Origin: Fimbriimonadia bacterium
GTDB taxonomy: Bacteria > Armatimonadota > Fimbriimonadia > Fimbriimonadales > Fimbriimonadaceae
Direction: 5' to 3'
Assembly: GCA_029824475.1 (NCBI GenBank)
Contig: JALGYA010000076.1
Coordinates: forward strand, 1-12,406
Length of the DNA stretch: 12,406 bases
The notes beneath the pieces are model-generated. The model did not search any database. It worked only from the letters and a program-made list of their open reading frames with translations, and was not told the DNA's origin. Below are positions 1 to 7,727 of the stretch, piece by piece. Position numbers and translations under genes: made by a program. Position 1 is the stretch's first letter. The number at the start of each line of letters is the position of its first letter.

Positions 1-1875
1 ATCAAGAACCCATGGCGCCTCGTCGATCGTGATGACCTGGCGTGTCGGATATCCGGCCGCCGTTTCCGTACGGATGCGTAGGTGGAACAGGTCGGAGACG
101 AGATCGAAGGCAAGCTGATCACAGCCAATAAGGGCGTGGCCAAGTTGGGCCACGCTACATTCACCACGCCCACGGCGGGCATCGAAACTCAAGGTGTGGG
201 TCGCATACCTCAGAAGAGCTACCCGGTAGACGACCCAGTCCTCGTCCTGCTTGAGGGAGAAACATGCCTTCCGAATCCTTCGCACAGTCTCAAGCATCAT
301 CCGGAACCTAAGATCCCAACGCACGAACGACAAGGTCTCGGGAATAGCTTCGACTGCCGCTGGCACCCGCTGGTTGACCAAGTACTCCTCAAAAGCACGC
401 AGGCGTGGAAAATCCTCCAGCCCAAGCGACTTCATCATGACGAACTTCGCATCATTCTCCATCTTCGCGAAGTCGAGCTCTATTGCGGCTCGTCCACAGT
501 GAGTCCAGTCAATGAACCAAACGTTATCCCCTTCGTCGCAGATGACATTGGCGAAGTTCAGGTCACCATGCGCTAGGCATGTATCGCCCTCCAGGCCGGC
601 CTGGTTCGCAGTCACAACCCGAAAAATCCTGAGCAATTGCTTCAGGTTGACCCCAATGTCTTCCACTTCCTCTTCCTCGAGGTAGCCAAGGATGACGCCC
701 GCATTCTCCTCCAGCCAATTTGCCTGCTGTTCGACATGCAAGCCGAAATCCCGGTAGGGAACGACGTGATCACGCTCGATCGTATTCGAATACAGACGCT
801 TCACGAGAAGGTCGAGCGTCTTATCGAGCCGGAGGAGGAAATGCTGCAGGTCGCCGTCATTGTGGATGTCCTCATATGTGTCCTGCTCGGTCTGCGGCGC
901 ACCTTCCATCGCGGCGAGTTCCATCCCTACGCCGATCCATTCACCCTTTGTCACTGGATAACCCAACGCCGGAACATGCTTACCGAGAAAATCCTTCACC
1001 TGGTAATAGCCGGCCAGCTCACGGCGCATCTGATCGAATGCATCGACCTTTAACACCATCGGCTCGGTCCGCGCGTTGTCCTTCCAACCCTCCGCCAGAA
1101 ATAATAGGCTCCCGCTGAAGCCGCCCGCTAGAGGTCGCAAGTGCGTGCGCGTCCAGTGCATGCAGAGGAGTTCGACAATCCGTTTTGGGTCGCTCCCTAA
1201 CTCTTCTTCGACCTCAGCCGGCTCGATCGCGCAGGCACCGGGAACCTGGCCAGGAAAATCCAGAGGAAGGCCAGCAAACGCTGCTGTCTCATCCATATCC
1301 AACAGCACCTGGACGCCGAGACCAGGAAGCGTGTGCCGCAGCACGGCAAGGTGAGCCTCCTTGGTGACACTCCCCACGAGATGCGCCGCTACAGCGACGT
1401 CATCGCATCGGAACACTCGCCGAAGGAACACAGAAAGCGCGAGGATACGCTCTTCCGTATGACAGCCGACGACAAGGAAGCGAAGCATCCCCCGCGCATC
1501 AGGATCGAGGGGGTCTACCCCTGTCAAATCCCGGACTGCAGCCTGCAACCCCTCTGCGGGAATACGCCCCGGTGAAGTGTCCAGGATACGGGCACCCTCA
1601 AGCCGCTGGTCAAAGGGAGGGGCAAGACCCTCACCCTCCTCTTGGACTTCATTGATCACGAGCAATCCAACAGACGACGTGGAAGTGCGCGCATGGTCCA
1701 GGAACCGTGGCAAAGGACCAGCACCGAACCCACGACCGCGACCGATGAGGCGCTCAATCTCACGTTCGCCAACACTGCCACGACCTCCAAGGAATCGGGC
1801 TTCGGGGCTTACTGTAGATGAGTCCAGCCCCGCCGCAACGACTACTGTGAATGGGCGCTCGCGAGAAATGGTCAA
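1..1875 (-). CDS. Phosphotransferase-family protein (APH / choline-kinase-like fold) with an unassigned N-terminal domain of about 230 aa. 3'-truncated: the C-terminus lies beyond the window start.
   Basis: I translated the minus strand by hand; this frame is open from 1908 down to position 1 with no stop. It is absent from the ORF track, probably because it has no stop in the window. Kinase-fold motifs: Gly-rich loop 'PLAGGFSGSLLFLAEG...MVLKV' at about 1040-1130, Brenner catalytic motif 'LAHGDLNFANVICDEG' at about 560-610, and 'WFIDWTHCG' (the DxD/IDW metal-binding motif). The G-loop to HGD spacing of about 183 aa is typical of APH/ChoK enzymes. Start: TTG at 1875..1873 overlaps the kef stop TGA (1874..1872) as TTGA, and the SD-like GAGGAG (plus 1884..1889) sits 8 nt upstream. 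The N-terminal 230 aa ('PFTVVVAAGLDSSTVSPEARFLGGRGSVGEREIERLIG...') could not be assigned to a family. Confidence 0.7.
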   Translation of the reverse strand, partial: MTISRERPFTVVVAAGLDSSTVSPEARFLGGRGSVGEREIERLIGRGRGFGAGPLPRFLDHARTSTSSVGLLVINEVQEEGEGLAPPFDQRLEGARILDTSPGRIPAEGLQAAVRDLTGVDPLDPDARGMLRFLVVGCHTEERILALSVFLRRVFRCDDVAVAAHLVGSVTKEAHLAVLRHTLPGLGVQVLLDMDETAAFAGLPLDFPGQVPGACAIEPAEVEEELGSDPKRIVELLCMHWTRTHLRPLAGGFSGSLLFLAEGWKDNARTEPMVLKVDAFDQMRRELAGYYQVKDFLGKHVPALGYPVTKGEWIGVGMELAAMEGAPQTEQDTYEDIHNDGDLQHFLLRLDKTLDLLVKRLYSNTIERDHVVPYRDFGLHVEQQANWLEENAGVILGYLEEEEVEDIGVNLKQLLRIFRVVTANQAGLEGDTCLAHGDLNFANVICDEGDNVWFIDWTHCGRAAIELDFAKMENDAKFVMMKSLGLEDFPRLRAFEEYLVNQRVPAAVEAIPETLSFVRWDLRFRMMLETVRRIRKACFSLKQDEDWVVYRVALLRYATHTLSFDARRGRGECSVAQLGHALIGCDQLAFDLVSDLFHLRIRTETAAGYPTRQVITIDEAPWVLD

Positions 1876-4133
1876 GTTGCTGTCTCCTCGCGGACCAGGC
1901 CGCGGTAATTATGGCCGACCGCCCCAAACAGAGCCCGAAGTCGGTCTACGTGAGAAGTCACTGAAAGAAGCTGCCGTTTAAGGTCTGTATCCAAGCCGGT
2001 TTCCCCGAGATAGCGCTCTCGAATCCGAGCGAGCCCGCTGTTATCGGCAGAGGTCATCGCGCGCAGCAATGCGAAGTCGGTCTCGTTCGGTTCCTCCGCA
2101 AGCTCCCGAAGGCTGTGCAGGATCGCATCCAGCGCCTCCACGACGACACCAGCGAGGGTGCGGGTCCTGTCATCCTGCTCAAGCTTTTTTAGCTCAAATC
2201 CCAGCCGCTCCAACTCTGAATTCATTGCCTCAAGACGCCGTTCATTATCTTGAAGAAGCCCAATCCGTTCATATTGCTCAGGCGAGAGGGAACCAGCCGT
2301 GGTGAGACGGTCGAGTGCATCACTGATAATCATCCCCAGCGCCTGGAATGAGCTGTGCAGGGCCTTGATCGACATCACGTCGTTGCCCTCCCGGTACCGC
2401 TCAAAAAGATCGGAGTGAATCTGAAGGAGCCGACCCTGCTCCAAGCGGATGAGGTCGATACTCCTTTCCGGATCGCCCGATGCCTCGATTTCATGGAGAT
2501 AGCGAAGCGCGCTCGTCTGCTCAGCAAGTCGACGCGACTGCGAGATCTGCTCGACGAGAGACTCAGCAACCTGGCTGTTCCCATCCAAAAGCAGTTGATT
2601 GTTCGCACCATCCATATCCTTGAGCTCTTCCTCACTCGAGACGCGCGCGATCACCTTGATCTTCGGATCAATCTGCTCGAGTGCGGCCGTCGTCCGGGCA
2701 ACGGTACTGCTGTCGTCTAAAGCGAGCACAACACCCATTGCCTTGCGAACGGCGAGCCGCTCAAGAAGGATTCGGTCAGACGGATCTCCAAAGACGGCTG
2801 CTTGGGCATCCCCCCGCGCCGCGACAAAATCCGCAGTGCTGGCAGCAACTACCACATGGCGGATGCCGGCCGCTTCCAGGCGCTTCGCGACGGCGCGGCC
2901 AAAAGCACCATAGCCGCAAAGCACCACGTGGTCGCCCAATCGCTCGTCCACTTCATCCGCTTTGGAACCGACGGCACCGCGGGTCACCGCCCGGATGATC
3001 GTGTCGGATCTCTGGATTAGGAAAGGTGTCGCAATCATCGAGACGACGACCGCGGCGACCAACAACTGGGAGACTTCATCGTCGAGCATTCCGTGCCCGA
3101 TCAACAACGAAAGCACGACCAGCGAGAATTCGCCTACCTGAGCAAGACTCAGTGCAGTCTTGAGTGAAACTTCTTTGCCGACCGACCGCGTGAGCAGAAG
3201 AAAGATGCAGGCAGCCTTGAACAGCATCATGCCTGCGGCGAGCAGTAGGATCCAATGGCCGCTGTCCGCGATGAAACCGTGTTCAATCCGAAAGCCCACC
3301 GTCACGAAGAAGACACCCAGGAGAAGATCCCGGAAAGGAATCAGGTCTGCTTCTACCTGATGCCTGTGAATGCTGTCGGCAATGAGATGACCTGCGAGAA
3401 ACGCACCCAGGGAATAAGGAAAGCCGAAGGCGTGAGTCAGCCATGATGCACCGATCACGACCACAAATATGGCCCCCATGAAAATCTCCTTCGAGTTCGC
3501 GCCTGCGACAGCCTCGAAGAACAGGCGAAGCAGTCGCCGGCCGACGAGCAGCAACATAGCCAGCACAATCACAGCATTGCGCCCCGTCTCCAAAAGGAGC
3601 TCCCCCATCCCCCCTTCCTGGCTGGTGAACACAGTCACCATGAGCAGGATGGGGATCACCGCGATGTCCTGAAAGACCAGGATTCCGACTGCTGAGCGCC
3701 CGTACTCAGACTTCATCTGTCCGGCCTCGTTCAGTAGCTTAAGGACGATGGCCGTTGACGAGAGAGCGAGGCCACCACCGAGTACCGAAGCCGCACGACC
3801 GTCGATCCCGAAGACACCCCAAGCAATCAATGCCATCAGCACGCCGGTTACGACCACCTGAGCGCCACCGAAACGCAGGACCTCACGACGCATCTCCTTC
3901 AGATGGGCGACGGAAAATTCCAACCCGATGGTAAACATCAGGAAGACAACGCCGAACTCCGCAATGTGCTCCAGCTCCTCGCTGTGCAACGCCTTCTCAC
4001 CGACCACCGGCCCCAGAGCCGCGCCGGTGAGGATGTAGCCAATAACCGTTGGAATCCCAACACGCTTCAGGAGCACATTCAGGATCGTCGCAATGGCGAT
4101 CGCGAGGATCAATAGCGGAAGCAACTCGTGCAT
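1872..4133 (-). CDS. Kef-type monovalent cation:proton antiporter (CPA2 family, K+ efflux) with a cytoplasmic RCK_N/TrkA-N regulatory domain. The RCK_N domain is followed by an atypical coiled-coil-rich C-terminal extension of about 230 aa.
   Basis: 753-aa ORF with an ATG start. The N-terminal 380 aa are polytopic membrane sequence typical of Kef/NapA ('MHELLPLLILAIAIATILNVLLKRVGIPTVIGYILTGAALGP', 'GLEFS', multiple TM helices). It has a Rossmann GxGxxG motif, 'VVLCGYGAFGRAVAKRLEAAGIRHVVV', and an RCK_N ending '...KIKVIARVSSEEELKDMDGANNQLLL'. The last 230 aa are charged and helical ('LRYLHEIEASGDPERSIDLIRLEQGRLLQIHSDLFERYREG...') and do not look like RCK_C. Confidence 0.85.
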   Translation of the reverse strand: MHELLPLLILAIAIATILNVLLKRVGIPTVIGYILTGAALGPVVGEKALHSEELEHIAEFGVVFLMFTIGLEFSVAHLKEMRREVLRFGGAQVVVTGVLMALIAWGVFGIDGRAASVLGGGLALSSTAIVLKLLNEAGQMKSEYGRSAVGILVFQDIAVIPILLMVTVFTSQEGGMGELLLETGRNAVIVLAMLLLVGRRLLRLFFEAVAGANSKEIFMGAIFVVVIGASWLTHAFGFPYSLGAFLAGHLIADSIHRHQVEADLIPFRDLLLGVFFVTVGFRIEHGFIADSGHWILLLAAGMMLFKAACIFLLLTRSVGKEVSLKTALSLAQVGEFSLVVLSLLIGHGMLDDEVSQLLVAAVVVSMIATPFLIQRSDTIIRAVTRGAVGSKADEVDERLGDHVVLCGYGAFGRAVAKRLEAAGIRHVVVAASTADFVAARGDAQAAVFGDPSDRILLERLAVRKAMGVVLALDDSSTVARTTAALEQIDPKIKVIARVSSEEELKDMDGANNQLLLDGNSQVAESLVEQISQSRRLAEQTSALRYLHEIEASGDPERSIDLIRLEQGRLLQIHSDLFERYREGNDVMSIKALHSSFQALGMIISDALDRLTTAGSLSPEQYERIGLLQDNERRLEAMNSELERLGFELKKLEQDDRTRTLAGVVVEALDAILHSLRELAEEPNETDFALLRAMTSADNSGLARIRERYLGETGLDTDLKRQLLSVTSHVDRLRALFGAVGHNYRGLVREETAT

Positions 4134-4161
4134 CAGTTCAGGCGGAGGGTCGCTCGATGGA

Positions 4162-4494
4162 TCAAAAGCCCTTCATTGCTTCGTCCTCGTTGTCATAGAC
4201 ACCGAGAATCGAGCTGAATCCACTCATATCGAAGACCTCGCGCACGGTCTCGTTCAGGCTGCAGACCCGGAGCTCGCCATTGGATGCACCAAGTTGCTTG
4301 GCGGTCCACAGCAGGATACGCAGTCCGGCACTACTGATGTAGTCCAAAGCGCGAAAGTCGGCGAGCATTCGCCCAGCGCCATCGGAGATGAGCGCAGCGA
4401 TCTTCTCCTCTGCTTCTGGAGCGGTATTCGTATCGAGGTTTCCCTCGAAGCGGACCACGCAGACGTCGTCAATTCTTTCGATGGTGAGTTGCAT
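4162..4494 (-). CDS. STAS-domain anti-sigma-factor antagonist (RsbV/SpoIIAA-like anti-anti-sigma).
   Basis: 110-aa single STAS domain with an ATG start. It has a conserved phosphorylatable-serine motif, 'DFRALDYISSAGLRILL' (compare SpoIIAA/RsbV 'DLSFMDSSGLGVIL'). It lies 5 nt downstream of the HATPase_c kinase gene and 28 nt upstream of kef. Confidence 0.9.
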   Translation of the reverse strand: MQLTIERIDDVCVVRFEGNLDTNTAPEAEEKIAALISDGAGRMLADFRALDYISSAGLRILLWTAKQLGASNGELRVCSLNETVREVFDMSGFSSILGVYDNEDEAMKGF

Positions 4495-4499
4495 TGGTT

Positions 4500-6191
4500 C
4501 TATTCAGATTCGATGGGGCCTTCGCCCTGGTTCAGGAACTTCACGACCGTCACGATGTTACGGTCAATTTTTCTGGTGTAGTGGGTCTCGTCCATCATTG
4601 ATTCGACGAGGTGGATGCCGAGGCCACCAATCTTTCGCTCGGCGATCGGCAGTGATGTATCCGGCGAGACGTGTGCGAACGGGTTGAAAGGAACTCCTTC
4701 GTCCTCAACCGTGAGGACCAGACGGGTTGGGGTTAGGTCAAAACGAACCCCAATGGAATGCTCTGCGTCGTCGGGACCATCGACGAATGCGTACGAAATC
4801 ACATTGTTCAGCAACTCGTCAAACGCCATCGCGGTCGTCCTCCGGACCTTATCCTCGACACCGTTATCCGCTGCGAACTCCTGGAACCGCTCCAGGACCA
4901 CTGCGATCTCCTCGAGCCGGCTTGCAATCCGAAACTCAAGCACTCCCATGGTTGCAGGGTCCGATGCGCCCGCGAATGAGAGCGCCATCACAGTGATGTC
5001 ATCCGCCTGCTCAGCCTTGCCCTGGAACTCCCAGACGCGCGACACGACATCATCGACCATCCCCTTGACCGCGGCCGGCCCGCCCTTCAGGCAATCCACC
5101 AGCGGTTCCTCCCCATACAGATGACCCTTCTCATTCATCGCTTCGGTGATGCCGTCGGTGTAGACCAACAGCCGGTCACCTCGAGTCATCTCCTGCTCGC
5201 TCTCACCATAGGTCATGCCGGGCACCGCAGCAACGATCGGTCCATGAAGCTCAGCGAGCCGGCGTGGGGGATCCTCTTCGTGGAGCAGGAATGGCGGGTT
5301 GTGGCCTGCATTGGTGAACCGCAACTTTCCAGTGTTCAAGTCAAGGATCCCCAGCCATACAGTCACGAACATGCACGAATCATTGCTGTGCCCGAGTTCA
5401 TCGTTGACATGAGTCAGGATGCTCGCCGGAGACACATCATTCGTCGCCCGCGACTTAATCAGGGTCTTGGTCATCGCCATGAACAGGGCGGCTGGAACAC
5501 CCTTGCCCGAGACGTCACCCACGCAGATGCAAAGACGCTCTTCCCCAATCAGGAAGAAGTCGTAGAAGTCGCCTCCGACCTCGCGTGCTGGATGCAGTGC
5601 TGCGTGGATGAGGAACTCAGTTCGATGGGAGTAGGCATCAAAGTCCTCCGGCAGCATGCTCATCTGGATATCGCGGCCGATGGTGAGCTCGCCCTCCATG
5701 CGCTCCTTTGCCGTCGTCGTCCGCTGGAGGTCCTCAATCGACTTTCGAAGCTCAGCGTTACTAGCCGTCAGGTCTGACATGAGCTCATCCCGGGACCTCT
5801 GCAGCAGCACGGCTCGCACCTCTGCAACGGTCCGCTCATCCGATGCACAGGCACCGTGAATCCCAAAATATGCAGTTGCGATCGCCTCGCCCGGCGCATG
5901 GGAGCCTTGAAACTCAATGAACTCGGCGAGCGCCTCAGGCACCGATTCCAACTTGAACGCTGGGAACGTGAGAACGATCACCCACTTGGCTCCGCGGTTT
6001 TCCAGTGCCAACTCAATTTGGCCGCTGTCGCATGACGAACGAAGACCTCGAGCGAGTACTGAAACAGCCGTACCGAATCGCGCTGCTGCAACTCGGTCGC
6101 CGCAAATGAGTTCACAGGCCATTCGAGCCTTGCTTCGTGAAGCGACAACGGAGTCAATCCCGAGGAAGGACAATGCGCCGAGAGGAATCAT
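4500..6191 (-). CDS. Fusion protein: N-terminal domain of unknown type (about 140 aa), coiled-coil, PP2C/SpoIIE-type serine phosphatase (RsbU/RsbP-like), then a C-terminal RsbW/SpoIIAB-like HATPase_c anti-sigma-type serine kinase.
   Basis: The ORF track gives 4500..6200, which starts at a GTG. The preferred start is the ATG at 6191..6189: it forms an ATGA overlap with the upstream gene's TGA stop, and the SD-like GAGGTG sits 6 nt upstream. PP2C motifs match B. subtilis RsbU: 'GELTIGRDIQMSMLP', 'REVGGDFYDFF', 'ICVGDVSGKGVPAALFMAMTKTLI', 'LLVYTDGITEA', 'ADDITVMAL'. The C-terminal HATPase_c resembles RsbW: 'AFDELLNNVISYAF', 'LVLTVEDEGVPFNP', 'GGLGIHLVESMMDE'. Confidence 0.88.
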   Translation of the reverse strand: MIPLGALSFLGIDSVVASRSKARMACELICGDRVAAARFGTAVSVLARGLRSSCDSGQIELALENRGAKWVIVLTFPAFKLESVPEALAEFIEFQGSHAPGEAIATAYFGIHGACASDERTVAEVRAVLLQRSRDELMSDLTASNAELRKSIEDLQRTTTAKERMEGELTIGRDIQMSMLPEDFDAYSHRTEFLIHAALHPAREVGGDFYDFFLIGEERLCICVGDVSGKGVPAALFMAMTKTLIKSRATNDVSPASILTHVNDELGHSNDSCMFVTVWLGILDLNTGKLRFTNAGHNPPFLLHEEDPPRRLAELHGPIVAAVPGMTYGESEQEMTRGDRLLVYTDGITEAMNEKGHLYGEEPLVDCLKGGPAAVKGMVDDVVSRVWEFQGKAEQADDITVMALSFAGASDPATMGVLEFRIASRLEEIAVVLERFQEFAADNGVEDKVRRTTAMAFDELLNNVISYAFVDGPDDAEHSIGVRFDLTPTRLVLTVEDEGVPFNPFAHVSPDTSLPIAERKIGGLGIHLVESMMDETHYTRKIDRNIVTVVKFLNQGEGPIESE

Positions 6192-7264
6192 CGCACGCAC
6201 CTCAACACGATGCAGCTGGCGTCATCATGAGACTTGCCATACTTCTCCACAATCGCCCGCGCGAAGTCCTGGGGCTTCTGGAACCGAGTATCAGAAGCGG
6301 GAATTCTGGCGAGCCGGTCGCTTACCCCATCAGAATGCATCACGACAAGGTCCGTCGGCCCCATGACCATTGACTGGATGGTCGGCGTGCGCATGCGCCC
6401 GCCAAGAACCCCCTCGGCATAGTGAAACGAAATGGCTCGCCCGCCAAGGTGCCGAAGCGACACATTGCCGACCCCTGCGAACTCCAGCGTGCGCTCCTCC
6501 GCGCGAAAATACACCACCGCAGCGGCAGCCCCCAGACTCCCTTTAAGGCCGTGACCAAGCCGTTCAACTGCTCGCACAGGATCGACATCAAATTCCTCTG
6601 CCAGCAAACGACGAGCTCGCATGGCAACTTCGTACGCACCCATTCCATGCCCGAGCCCATCGATCAAGGCAGCTCGCTGAACTTGCTCGGAATGATCGAA
6701 GAAGACCTGATCTCCACTGAATCTTTCACCTAGGCTGGGGCGAATGAAAAACCCGCATTGAATTCCGAACTGATCTTCCGCTCCTCGCGCAACTCCTCCA
6801 AAGCCTCTGCCATCGACGGCCCCCAAGGACTTACCACCCTCCAGTGAGATGGAGCCTGAATCGCGCGTGATGCCCCTGCGACAGTGAATAGCAATCCGTA
6901 CCAGTGTTCCAGTTCCTACCTCGGATTCCAGCTCAAACTCATCCACCATCCGCTTTATCCCTGGAAGGCCAAGCCCAAGTGTTCCACTGGAACTGAAATG
7001 ATCCTCGAGCGCCTTCTCGATATCAGGTATCCCAGGACCCTGATCCCGCGCGATTGCCTGACAACCTGGGGCATTCGTATTCAGAACTTGGAATTCGATC
7101 TCCCCAGACTCCGCGTACTTCAAGATATTACGGCCAAGTTCCGAGACCGAAGTCGCGAACTTGTTGACTTCCGGCAATGCAAGTCCCGCCCTCTTCGCGA
7201 TCTGGGTCGCCATAAGCACGGCTCGCGTGAGTGAGCCTTCGGAGTCGACACGCGCCTTATCCAT
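6188..7264 (-). CDS. rsbT: Fusion protein: RsbT-like HATPase_c serine kinase (stressosome kinase) at the N-terminus and an RsbX-like PP2C feedback phosphatase at the C-terminus.
   Basis: The ORF track gives 6188..7279, which starts at a GTG. The ATG at 7264..7262 is better supported: the SD GGAGG sits 3 nt upstream, and it overlaps the rsbS stop by 8 nt. The N-terminal half closely matches B. subtilis RsbT: '[19 protein letters not shown]' versus 'ISELARNIFLYAGKGQIGI', and '[55 protein letters not shown]' versus '[56 protein letters not shown]'. The C-terminal half has RsbX-like PP2C motifs: 'SGDQVFFD', '[14 protein letters not shown]', 'FAGVGNVSL', 'LVVMHSDGV', '[10 protein letters not shown]'. 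Confidence 0.88.
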   Translation of the reverse strand: [358 protein letters not shown]

Positions 7265-7727
7265 CTTCCTCCAAGCCACCCTCTCCGCCTTCCTCTGGAC
7301 CCAGCTCGTCGAGCTCGGCCTCAGTCAGATCAGCGGTGCTATCGCCCCGATTGCCATCCTTGTGCGCCTGCATGGCTCGAAAAGCGTCATCCAGGTCGAG
7401 CACCGCATCGATCGATCGCACGTCTGCTGCCAAGTCAATCAATGAGGAAACGACTCCGGGACGCAGACCTGCTACCAGACATCGAGCACCAAGGAGCTTG
7501 GCCATGTCGAGCGTCTTCCGTAATGCATCGAAGTCCGTCAAGTCCAGGATTTCGACACCTGCCACGTCAAGGATCACTCCACGGGCACCTGTCCGGTGAA
7601 GTAGCGCGAGCAGGTCCTCTCGAAGGTCAGCAACGCGTTTTTCATCCAGGTCTCCCTGGATTGAGGCCACGATGCAACCTTGGGTGAGCTGCAGCGGTAC
7701 GGCTCCGGCTCTCGATTCCAAGCTCAA
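7257..7727 (-). CDS. rsbS: RsbS-like single-STAS-domain stressosome scaffold protein.
   Basis: 156 aa. 'VPLQLTQGCIVASIQGDLDEKRVADLREDLLALLHRTGARGVILDVAGVEILD...' is collinear with B. subtilis RsbS '[53 protein letters not shown]...'. The start is TTG at 7727..7725, which forms a TTGA overlap with the rsbR stop. The C-terminal tail is acidic, 'ELDELGPEEGGEGGLEEDG'. Confidence 0.85.
   Translation of the reverse strand: MSLESRAGAVPLQLTQGCIVASIQGDLDEKRVADLREDLLALLHRTGARGVILDVAGVEILDLTDFDALRKTLDMAKLLGARCLVAGLRPGVVSSLIDLAADVRSIDAVLDLDDAFRAMQAHKDGNRGDSTADLTEAELDELGPEEGGEGGLEEDG

Noticed and set aside
82-1981. Plus-strand ORFs 82..576, 251..502, 637..1053, 720..1118, 1076..1354, 1185..1367, 1333..1575 and 1577..1981.
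   Set aside because: They are antisense to a continuous minus-strand open frame with clear kinase-fold motifs. The proteins are low-complexity (Arg/Pro/Ser-rich), as expected for shadow ORFs in GC-rich DNA.
4134-4161. GGAGGG in the rsbV-kef intergenic spacer, as a possible ribosome-binding site.
   Set aside because: It is on the plus strand; the minus-strand genes see CCCTCC, so it is not an SD for kef.
6188-7264. Considered annotating the C-terminal PP2C of the RsbT fusion as RsbU rather than RsbX.
   Set aside because: Its short length (about 200 aa), its lack of an RsbU-type N-terminal domain, and its motif pattern (CGD-like 'SGDQVFFD', 'HSDGV', 'DDASCIVL') match RsbX better. A second, clearly RsbU-like PP2C is encoded by the next gene.
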